Below are positions 25,867 through 34,200 of a stretch of 51,392 nucleotides of DNA, in pieces (within the stretch, counting starts at the first letter, position 1; every line of letters begins with the position of its first letter). Made by a program: the position numbers and the translations under genes. The notes beneath the pieces were generated by a model. It made no database searches, had not been told where the DNA came from, and worked only from the letters and a program-made list of their open reading frames with translations. Source of the DNA: Candidatus Pacearchaeota archaeon CG1_02_32_21. Lineage in GTDB: Archaea > Nanobdellota > Nanobdellia > Pacearchaeales > GW2011-AR1. The stretch lies in assembly GCA_001872185.1 (NCBI GenBank), contig MNVX01000036.1, forward strand, positions 1 to 51,392. Reading direction: 5' to 3'.

Positions 25867-26196
25867 ATGGCGAAAGGAAAAATTATTGTTACAAATGCAT
25901 TTGAAATTCCTGGTAAAAAGATAGTTGAAAATTTAGGGGTTGTCAAAGGCAATACAGTTAGGGCTAGAAATATTGGAAGAGATATTGCAGCTACATTAAA
26001 AAATGTTGTTGGCGGAGAGATTAAGACTTATACTGAGTTAATAAGCCAGGCAAGAGATGAAGCTTATAATAGGATGGTTAACGAAGCTATTAAGCTTGGT
26101 GCTGATGCAGTAATAAGCGTTAGGTTTACTACTTCTCCAATAATGCAAGGAGCTAGTGAAATGCTTGTTTATGGCACTGCTGTAAAGCTTAGGTAA
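25867..26196 (+). CDS. YbjQ/UPF0145 family protein
   Basis: GVVKGNTVRARNIGRDIAATLKNVVGGEIKTYTELISQARDEAYNRMVNEAIKLGADAVISVRF matches the family along its whole length. Confidence 0.8.
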   Translation: MAKGKIIVTNAFEIPGKKIVENLGVVKGNTVRARNIGRDIAATLKNVVGGEIKTYTELISQARDEAYNRMVNEAIKLGADAVISVRFTTSPIMQGASEMLVYGTAVKLR

Positions 26197-26339
26197 TTAT
26201 TTTCTTTCAAATCTTTTGTTATTTCTTTGTATAATTCTTCCAATTATTTTCATTAATTTTTAGTAGTAATTATCTGTGCCAATGTTGTATCAAAAAGTAG
26301 TAGTAAATATTTATATACAAAGTTCATTACCTTTAATTG

Positions 26340-26942
26340 ATGAAAAAACTACTATTAGTTATTTCAGTGTTTGCAATGCTGGTAGTTGGAGTCTATGCTT
26401 TTCATGATTCAACCCCTATTTTTGTTAAAATTAACAATGTAGGATATACTAACGGAGATTTTTTAATTAGGTATACGGATTTTAATCTTGAAGAAGTAAA
26501 TTTATATGTTAATGATGAAAAAACTGAAAGTTTTGATTATTGTGATTCTGGCAGGAATGTAGAATGTGATATATGGGCTGATTTGCCTGATTTTGATGAA
26601 CAGAAAATAGAATATTTTTTTGAACTTATTGATGAAGATGAAAATATCCAGTATTCTAATATTTATTCTGCTTTTGTAGATATTAGTGATCCTACTATTA
26701 GCAAGAGTAGTATTAGTATTTCTGGCAGAAGCATGACTTTCAATTTTCAAGTGGAAGATGATAACCCCTTAAAGATTGAATATAGCGACAATGGAAAACC
26801 CTGGAAAACTTTATGCTCTGGAAATTTAGTTATAAACTGTAATAAGAAAAGATATTTTAGCAAAGGTTATCATGATATTTTAGTAAGAGTAAGTGATAAA
26901 GCTGGCAATTATGCTGAAGAAAGTTTTCTTGTAGATGTTTAG
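26340..26942 (+). CDS. secreted protein of unknown function
   Basis: Signal peptide MKKLLLVISVFAMLVVGVYA|F. The remainder is predicted beta-rich. Confidence 0.45.
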   Translation: MKKLLLVISVFAMLVVGVYAFHDSTPIFVKINNVGYTNGDFLIRYTDFNLEEVNLYVNDEKTESFDYCDSGRNVECDIWADLPDFDEQKIEYFFELIDEDENIQYSNIYSAFVDISDPTISKSSISISGRSMTFNFQVEDDNPLKIEYSDNGKPWKTLCSGNLVINCNKKRYFSKGYHDILVRVSDKAGNYAEESFLVDV

Positions 26943-27001
26943 ATATAAAAAAAGCCTCTAGGATAAAGGAAGTATTCTTTATCAACCCTCAGAACTTTAA
27001 A

Positions 27002-27073
27002 AGCCTCCAGAGGGGATTGAACCCTCAACCTACAGTTTACAAAACTGCCGCTCTACCATTGAGCTATGGAGGC
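27002..27073 (-). tRNA. tRNA-Thr (anticodon TGT)
   Basis: Reverse complement reads GCCTCCA-TA-GCTC-AATGGTA-GAGC-G-GCAGT-TTTGTAA-ACTGT-AGGTT-GAGGG-TTCAATC-CCCTC-TGGAGGC-T. Confidence 0.9.
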
Positions 27074-27111
27074 ATAAGAACACCAAAGGTTTTCTTATCA
27101 ACTTTCCTTTA
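27074..27111 (-). promoter_or_regulatory. TATA-like box plus dyad module upstream of tRNA-Thr
   Basis: Minus-strand sense: TAAAGGAAAGTTGATAAGAAAACC-TTT-GGTGTTCTTAT, then the tRNA 5' end. The box TAAAGGAAAGTTGATA recurs 46 nt further upstream (27142-27157). Confidence 0.5.
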
Positions 27112-27259
27112 CGACTATTTTCTTATAAACTTTTTTTAGCCTATCAACTTTCCTTTAGTGACTTAAATTTCTTAATAAATTGTGGTTTAAAAGGTTTTGT
27201 AGAATGAAATAATTAATAAATATGCTTTTCGTGGCTTAATTTGTAATCATGTATTTCAT

Positions 27260-27703
27260 CTATTGAAAACCATAAAGCCAGCTCTTTTTTTTTGTATCTT
27301 CTTCATTTTCAGATGCATGAATTAGATTATGTCCCTGGTTATTTTTCTTAACATAATCCTTGGATGCATGAGCATAATCCCCTCTTATTGTCCCTATGTC
27401 TGCTTCTCCAGGATATGTTGCACCAACTATTTTTCTAACAATTGAAGTTGCATTACTTCCCCGGATTACTATGGCAATTGCGGGCTCGCTTGTTAAGTAA
27501 CTCGTAAGATAGTCTCTAACATGCTTTCCATGCTTTTCAACAATTGACTCGTCATAATGCTTGCCAGCAAGTGATTTGTCAGCATGGACCATTTTCATTC
27601 CAATTAGTTTTAATCCACGCTGTTCAAATCTTTTTATTATATCGCCTATTAAACCTCTTTCAACTCCATCTGGTTTGATTAAAATAAGTGTTTGCTGTAT
27701 CAT
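27260..27703 (-). CDS. ndk: nucleoside diphosphate kinase
   Basis: QQTLILIKPDGVERGLIGDIIKRFEQRGLKL and NLIHASE (active-site His). ATG 27703 lies 1 nt after the rps3ae stop; the track start 27718 is a GTG extension. Confidence 0.9.
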   Translation of the reverse strand: MIQQTLILIKPDGVERGLIGDIIKRFEQRGLKLIGMKMVHADKSLAGKHYDESIVEKHGKHVRDYLTSYLTSEPAIAIVIRGSNATSIVRKIVGATYPGEADIGTIRGDYAHASKDYVKKNNQGHNLIHASENEEDTKKKSWLYGFQ

Positions 27704-27704
27704 T

Positions 27705-28358
27705 TTATTCCTCAGCACTCTTTTTCCTAGAAATTTTCTTTTTCACTAGTGTTTTTTCCTCAACTTCAACTTTTTCCTCAGCACTTTTGTGCTCTTTTTC
27801 ATAAATTTCGTGCTCTTTTAACTCTTCTATTCCAAAAAATCTTATTTCACATAAGCTTAAGGGATATATTTTTTTTAATTTAATATTAATTTCTCTTTGT
27901 ATTTTTCCATTAATTATCTCTACTATTAAATCATCAAATTTTTTATCTTTTACATAGTCAGTTATTTTTTCTTTGGCTGATTTTCTTAATCCATTTAGGA
28001 CTTTTTTAGTTACTCTTTTTCTTGTCACTAATAGAGGTTTAATTCTTACCCTTTGATCTTTTATTTGTGCTACAAATGAGTCTTCACAATAGTCTGTTCC
28101 TTTTCTTACTGCTCTTCTTACATAATAGCCTAAAAGCTGAATTTGTATTGCCTTTGCGTTAGCCTTGTTATTATCTACATTTATTTTTAATTTTAATTCC
28201 AAAGCTTTTCCTTTTAGTTGATTGGTCAGGTCAAGTTTTACATATCTATTGTCAAGTTCTCTTATTTCTCCTGCAAACAATCCAATTTCAGTGTTTGCAA
28301 TTGGTACTTCTACAGGAAAGAATTTCTTTTTCACTTGTTTTTTTAATTTTAATGCCAT
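27705..28358 (-). CDS. rps3ae: 30S ribosomal protein S3Ae (eS1)
   Basis: KKKFFPVEVPIANTEIGLFAGEIRELDNRYVKLDLTNQLKGK and overall length fit S3Ae. Confidence 0.9.
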   Translation of the reverse strand: MALKLKKQVKKKFFPVEVPIANTEIGLFAGEIRELDNRYVKLDLTNQLKGKALELKLKINVDNNKANAKAIQIQLLGYYVRRAVRKGTDYCEDSFVAQIKDQRVRIKPLLVTRKRVTKKVLNGLRKSAKEKITDYVKDKKFDDLIVEIINGKIQREINIKLKKIYPLSLCEIRFFGIEELKEHEIYEKEHKSAEEKVEVEEKTLVKKKISRKKSAEE

Positions 28359-28377
28359 TTTTACTAGTTATTCAAAT

Positions 28378-28440
28378 AAAAGACACCTACGGTTTCTTTT
28401 ATAAACTTCCCTTTCCGTTTTATCTTCCCTTTCCGTTTTA
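28378..28440 (-). promoter_or_regulatory. TATA box plus dyad module with duplicated upstream box, upstream of rps3ae
   Basis: Minus-strand sense: AAAACGGAAAGGGAAG x2 (28406-28422 and 28424-28440), then TTTATAAAAGAAACC-GTA-GGTGTCTTTTATTTG, about 20 nt before the ATG. Confidence 0.5.
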
Positions 28441-28458
28441 TTTAGATTAATCATTTTA

Positions 28459-28770
28459 TTATTCAAAGATCACCTTACTTGTTCTTAATCCTCTTCTAGA
28501 CTGATGTGCTTTTCCACATTCCTGACAAGTATAAATAAATACGGCTTTTTTTGTATTTTTGATTTTTCTCTTCCATTTGTTTATTGGGGGCTTACTTCCA
28601 TATCTTCCAAGATTACCATATCCTCTTCCTAATCCACGTTTTCTAGCCCTTGACATGCTACCACGAGTAAGAGTTCCTCTTTTAATTCCTGTTGATAATT
28701 GTTTTATTTTATGATTTGTCTTTTTCTTACAAAATGGGCAGTATCTATTGGCTGCTTTTGGTTTTTTCAT
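28459..28770 (-). CDS. rpl44e: 50S ribosomal protein L44e (eL42)
   Basis: YCPFCKKKTNHK...YTCQECGKAH zinc-ribbon pairs and the basic composition are typical of L44e. Confidence 0.9.
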   Translation of the reverse strand: MKKPKAANRYCPFCKKKTNHKIKQLSTGIKRGTLTRGSMSRARKRGLGRGYGNLGRYGSKPPINKWKRKIKNTKKAVFIYTCQECGKAHQSRRGLRTSKVIFE

Positions 28771-28838
28771 ACTTCTTTATTTCTAAAAGGGTTTTTAAAT
28801 CTTTACAGTTCTTTTATTATGCAGTTATGCAAAGCTAT

Positions 28839-28974
28839 GGCCTTGTCGTCCAACGGCTAAGACACATCTTTGACGATGTGGGACAACCTATGGTTTTCCT
28901 GACACTACCTTTCCACTTTGAAAGAGAGTAACATCAAACTGGATGGGACCCAGGTTCAACTCCTGGCAGGGCCA
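28839..28974 (+). tRNA. tRNA-Val (anticodon GAC) with 64-nt canonical 37/38 intron (28876..28939)
   Basis: Exon 1 is 37 nt (GGCCTTG...CATCT-TTGACG); exon 2 is 35 nt (T-GGATG-GGAC-CCAGG-TTCAACT-CCTGG-CAGGGCC-A). BHB motif: outer helix CATCT/GGATG, central helix TTGA/TCAA, 3-nt bulges CGA and ACT, inner helix TGT/ACA. Confidence 0.75.
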
Positions 28975-29152
28975 TAAAAACCACCTCCGGGTTTTATAAT
29001 CCTGGACCCAGCCCTACATGATTGCAGGGCCATTTTTTATTATTTAATGACTCTTAATTATATTAGTTAGTTACTAACTTACTTAGTAACTTAATAAGAA
29101 ACATTTATATATTATTCCTATTTTAGTTGTATGTTTTAAAAGAGAAGCTCTG

Positions 29153-29287
29153 ATGAAAAAATATCTTTTGCTTATTGAGGATGAGAAATTGTGGGAAAGA
29201 TTTAAGGATTCTATTAGAAATGACATAAATAGTGAAATAATTGAACTAATCAGAAAAAAGATTAGCTCGGGAGGTAAAAAAGAATGA
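29153..29287 (+). CDS. small ribbon-helix-helix-like protein, 44 aa (not in ORF track)
   Basis: MKKYLLLIEDEKLWERFKDSIRNDINSEIIELIRKKISSGGKKE has a beta-strand then two helices, as in CopG/Arc folds. Its stop overlaps the next ATG (ATGA at 29284-29287). Confidence 0.4.
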   Translation: MKKYLLLIEDEKLWERFKDSIRNDINSEIIELIRKKISSGGKKE

Positions 29288-31224
29288 ATGATTTGAATAA
29301 TAAGGCTGGAAAAAAGGCAACTCGCACTTTGACTTTCAGTTTTAATGATAATCTTGTAAAGTCAAAGCGCTCACAAATTACCTTATTTGTTATTATAGCT
29401 ATTATTATTGTTGCTGCAGTAATAGGTATATTTGTTTTTAGAGATAAGTTATTTACTATTGGAGGTAGTAGCGAATTTCAAGAAGTTTATACTTATTTTG
29501 ATTCCTGTGTTGAGAGTGTTACTTTGGATGGAATTCAAATTGCCGGAAGCCAAGGAGGATATATAGAAATCCCTGAATTTGAACCCGGAAGCGAGTATGC
29601 TCCTTTTTCAAATCAGCTGGAGTTTTTGGGGCAACCTGTGCCGTATTGGTATTATATTTCCGGAAACGGGGTTGCTAAGGAGCAGATACCTTCAAAAAAA
29701 GAAATAGAAAAACAACTCAGAGAGTATATAGAAAAAAATATCGCTACCTGTGATTTTTCAGCTCTAAGAAATAAGGGTTATGAAATAAATGTTAGTGCTC
29801 CAAAAGCAGATGTTTCTATAAGCAAGAATGTTGTAGGAGTTAATGTTAATATGCCTCTTAGTGTGAGTAAAAATGAAAAATCAGAGATAAAATCAAGGCA
29901 TGATGTCAGTGTTTTCAGCAAATTAGGAAAATTTTATGATCTGGCAAATGAAATATACAATAAGGAAAAAGAAGAATCATTTTTAGAAAATTATTCAGTA
30001 GATGCTCTTTATAATTATGCCCCTGTTACAGATATTGAAATATCTTGTGCCCCTAAATTCTGGAATGCTGAGGATGTTGCAAATGACCTTAAGTCCGGGT
30101 TAAGTGCAAATATTGGAGCGATTAAATTAAACGGGGAGTATTATTCTTTGAGCAAAAAAGAAAACAATTATTTTGTTTTGCCTATTGAAACAGATGAAAG
30201 CGCCAGTTTTGTTTATGATACAAGATGGCCGAGCAGAGTTGAAATCTGGCCAGCGGAAAATAACCTTTTAATTGCACAACCAGTTGGTTTAGAAGAAGGT
30301 TTAGGAATATTAGGATTTTGTTATATACCTTATCATTTTGTTTATGATGTTTATTATCCAGTACTTGTACAAATCTATGATGATAATGAAATATTCCAAT
30401 TTCCTGTAGCTGTTATTATTGATAAAAGCAATCCAAGGAAATCTTTAGAAACTACAGATAGTGCTATTGATGAAATAGGCATATGTAACTACCCAACAAC
30501 TTCAATAGATGTTTATACATTTGATTCTCAGTTACAACCAGTTGAAGCTGATATTGAGTTTCAATGCTTTAGTGATTTGTGCAATATTGGAAGTACAGTT
30601 GTTGAAGGAACTGATGCACACATACAAGAAACTTTCCCTTCGTGCATTAATGGAAAGATAACTGCAAAAGCAGAAGGTTATGTCAGCCAAGATTATATTA
30701 TATCAACAAATGCCCCTGGTGTTGCGAATATTTTAATAGACAAGCTTTACGATTTAGATGTAGAAGTTGTTGCTGGAGGTCTGGATGTTAAAGACAGGAA
30801 AGGACAGGCTTTGATAAATTTCCAGGGAGAAAGATATTCTACCAGCTTGTTTTATCCAGAGCAAACAAGCATTAAGCTAGCTGAAGGATTTTATAATGTA
30901 AGTGTACAGGTATTTTCAGAAAGCTCTTTAACGATTCCTGCTAGTACCTCAAGTAATTGTGTTCAAGTGCCAAAGCCAGGAATATTTGGATTTTTTGGAT
31001 CAATAAGTGAACAGTGTTTTAGTGTTGATATCCCTTCCCAGAATTTGGGAAGCGCCTTAAGTGCTGGCGGTAAAAGCAGTGAATTTATTTTGGAAACTAA
31101 CTTAAAAAATTCTAATAACATGAAGATTAGTGTTCCGAACTTGCCTTCGGTTACGAGCTTGGATCAGTTACAGGCTAATTATCAGTTAATAGACTATCAA
31201 AATATTGCTTTGGAGTTCACATGA
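29284..31224 (+). CDS. 646-aa N-terminally anchored extracellular protein of unknown function
   Basis: Single N-terminal hydrophobic helix after KSKRS|QITLFVIIAIIIVAAVIGIFVF, a class III signal-like layout. No recognisable domain. ATGA overlap with the giant ORF. Confidence 0.6.
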   Translation: MNDLNNKAGKKATRTLTFSFNDNLVKSKRSQITLFVIIAIIIVAAVIGIFVFRDKLFTIGGSSEFQEVYTYFDSCVESVTLDGIQIAGSQGGYIEIPEFEPGSEYAPFSNQLEFLGQPVPYWYYISGNGVAKEQIPSKKEIEKQLREYIEKNIATCDFSALRNKGYEINVSAPKADVSISKNVVGVNVNMPLSVSKNEKSEIKSRHDVSVFSKLGKFYDLANEIYNKEKEESFLENYSVDALYNYAPVTDIEISCAPKFWNAEDVANDLKSGLSANIGAIKLNGEYYSLSKKENNYFVLPIETDESASFVYDTRWPSRVEIWPAENNLLIAQPVGLEEGLGILGFCYIPYHFVYDVYYPVLVQIYDDNEIFQFPVAVIIDKSNPRKSLETTDSAIDEIGICNYPTTSIDVYTFDSQLQPVEADIEFQCFSDLCNIGSTVVEGTDAHIQETFPSCINGKITAKAEGYVSQDYIISTNAPGVANILIDKLYDLDVEVVAGGLDVKDRKGQALINFQGERYSTSLFYPEQTSIKLAEGFYNVSVQVFSESSLTIPASTSSNCVQVPKPGIFGFFGSISEQCFSVDIPSQNLGSALSAGGKSSEFILETNLKNSNNMKISVPNLPSVTSLDQLQANYQLIDYQNIALEFT

Positions 31225-34200
31225 GAATAATTTTTTTGAAAAAGATTAGACAAAGCCAGGAAATGAAAAATTTAGCTGTAATTTTAATTTTTGGAATTTT
31301 AATTAATTTGAATTTTGTTTTTGCGCAGAATTTTGGAGGAAGCGGCACAATGGGACAAAGTTTTTCTTCATATGGAAGCGCCAGTTTTACAAATGTTCAG
31401 TATTTCAGTCCTGGTTATTTTCCAGGTGCTAGTTCTGGACTTGGAGCTTATAGCGGGGTTTCAATAGAAGAATTCAATGAGGTATGTAGAAACAGACAGG
31501 ATTTTGTTATTCAGATAGCTCCTGGAAGTTGCACACCAGCTGTTGTAAGAAGTGATTTATTAGCAGAGCAAAATGTACCTGTTTTTTGCCAGTTAACTGC
31601 TACTCAGGTAAATCCTCTGATAAATACCCAAAATATAAGGAGCATAAGACTAGTCAGTAACGGAAATGTTTCCCAAGATATTATTGGAGTTAGTTATTAC
31701 AGGCCACAGAGAGAAATATTTGCTAAAAAAGACAGTAATGGGTTTTTGAGTTTCAGCAATATTGGATATGCAATAATAATATTAAAAAGACAGCCAAATG
31801 AGAACTTACAACCAGACTTTATATACGGCAATTTAACTGCTTATTTGAGTTATGGCACCTCCGGACAGTTAGGAGCACAGTTAAATGAAAAATTGATTCC
31901 TGTACTAAATGATGAAGATTGGAATTCTTATTACCAAGAGTATTCTTTCCTTGACGGAAGGGGATTTTTTAGAGTAGAAGATTTATCTGGAGATAGGGCA
32001 AAAATAAGTGTTTATCGTGATGCTAATACAAAAGTTGATTCTTTTATAATTGAAAAAGGGCAAAAAAGCAATGAAAGATATTTAGCCGGAGGATATTGTA
32101 ATGCAGGATATAATATTGAATTTTTAGATAGTGTTCAAACCCAGGAGAAAGCAAGTATTTTATTAGATGGGGATGAGTATGAGGTTTTTGAGGGAGGAAA
32201 GTTTGGAGATAATTGTGCAGTAAGAAAATTATATGATACAGGTTTTGGCACTGGTAAAGTTGATGTAAAGTGCCTTGGAACTAAAGATTTCTCTCTTGAA
32301 ATTAAACATAAACCAGTGAAATTAAACTTTGACAGTTCAGACAAAAATTTTGAAATCGGGGAAAAATTATATGCAACTGAAAATAGTAGTGCATATCTTG
32401 GAGCGATCAACAAGAAGGTTAGTGAAGGCGGAAAATTTTTTATTGTTTTAGTTGATGCTAAGGAGTTTACAAACAGTCTTAAGGGAAATATAAATAAATT
32501 TAGTTCTGAAATTGCCTTAGGTACAGAAGAAAATGTTGCAAAGGAAAAATATCTTAAGGATAATACAATAGCAGTGGTGTATAAGGGAAATAAAGGAAAC
32601 ATTGGAGGCAAGGAAGTTAGTTTTATTGATTTCACAGATATTGAGAATGTAGAAACTCAAAGTGCTGAGTTTGAAAAATATTTTGGGGCATCTGTTGATT
32701 CTTATAAAAATTTAGAAGAGCAGTATGGAGAGTATGATTATCCAGAAGATACAACTCTTCCAGATCAAGCTAAGTATAACAAGTACGGTGAAGTTGCTGT
32801 TTCTCGAGCAACTGATCTAGCTAAAACAAGAGGGGAGGTTGGAACTGAGATGGAATTTGCAAAAATAGGTGAGGATAATTATGGCCTTTTGTTAAGCGAT
32901 AAACTTTCCTCAATTGAATTTTTTAATTATCAGGATGCCAGTTATGAGTTTGAAATAGATGGAATTACTCATAGAATATCTCTGGAAAAGATAACTAGTG
33001 TTGATTTAGATAAAATTAAGGTTATTATTTCTGTTAATGGAGATAAAAAAGTATTACATAGATTTGGAGAGTATCTTATTCCTCCAGATGGTACAAAAAG
33101 CATTACATTAAAATCATTTGATGACGATTCTGTTAGTTTGGAAGCTGATTGCGGCAGTAAAACTACAGAAACAATTTCTCTTGGTAAAAGAGCACCAGTT
33201 TGTAGTATGGATATTTATGTTAAAGAAATTAAAACAGAAAAATTGGCTAAGTTTAGAATAACGCCTGTGCAAAGAACTAGTGATGGAGTTGCTAATTTAA
33301 GTTATGGTATTGGAGTTGAAAAAAGAGCCTTTCCTTTAAGTCCTGAAAAATCTCTCGAGAGGATAAACAGGCTAAATGAAAGCATAGAAAAGTGGAAGAA
33401 TATTAATGAAAATCTTGGTAAACTTGTTAAGGCTGGAAAGGCGGCATGTTTTGGAACAAGTGCTGCCCTTCAGGTTAAAAATTTATTATCTGGTATGGGT
33501 GGTAAAGCAATTGCCAGAGAAGTTGTAATGAAAAACGATGGCGGTTGGGATAGCATTTGTCAAGCAGAAGTTGCAGAAGGAAAATATTCTAGCCTAGACG
33601 CATGTTTTAGGTCAAATGCTGATAAAATTGAGGAAGATGTCAGTTCAGTTACCAATATTGTTAAAGAGCAAGATGCTGAAAATAAGGAAATAGATAATGC
33701 AAATAAAATTGAAGGATCTGGCATGTTTTCTAATGGAATTGACGGAGATGAAGCTTACACGGATTATCTTTCATCAATTAAATCAAGATATTCTAGTTCA
33801 GATAGTATTGTTAAAAATGAAAAAGGAGATAAACAAATAAATATTGGAGAGGTAGTGTCTGGATTAGAATCTGGAAGCGCCAGTAGGGAAGATTTAAGAG
33901 AAATAGATTTGCATATGAGAATATTAAAAGAAAGTGACAGTGATTCACTTAAAGCAATTGCAGAAAAATCTCTTTATGATAAACTACAGCCTATTCAGCA
34001 AGAGTCTTTAGATAACAAAGATAAAAGCAGTTATGTTTCCAATCTTGAAGCTAAAGGGGTTGTAAATGTAGGTAATGTTGAGGTAATTTCTTCTAATAAG
34101 AGATCTAAGATAGGAGAATATAATGGGGAGGTTACTTCTGAAGCTATTGGCTCTATTGTTAAAGGTTCTAATATAAAACCAATTATTTTTGATGGAAAGA

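Noticed and set aside
28406-28440. Short tandem direct repeats (28406-28440 and 27096-27157) were checked as possible CRISPR-like arrays.
   Set aside because: Only two copies each, 16-17 nt long, with no spacer-repeat periodicity and no cas genes. They sit in promoter-proximal positions instead.
28692-28931. Track ORFs that overlap tRNA genes: 28692..28931 (tRNA-Val), 36858..37178 (tRNA-Leu), 43195..43380 (tRNA-Cys), and 47024..47227 and 47086..47292 (tRNA-Ala).
   Set aside because: Their open frames are explained by the GC-rich, stop-poor tRNA sequence, and the translations contain tRNA-derived strings such as GFEPG. The tRNA cloverleaves are unambiguous.
29041-29152. AT-rich palindromic-looking stretch after tRNA-Val (ttaattatattagttagttactaacttacttagtaacttaataag), considered as a terminal inverted repeat of a mobile element.
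   Set aside because: It contains short inverted segments (agttactaact / agtaact), but no matching partner was found near the other end of the module (37.0-37.2 kb). It may simply be promoter or operator DNA for the RHH-like ORF.
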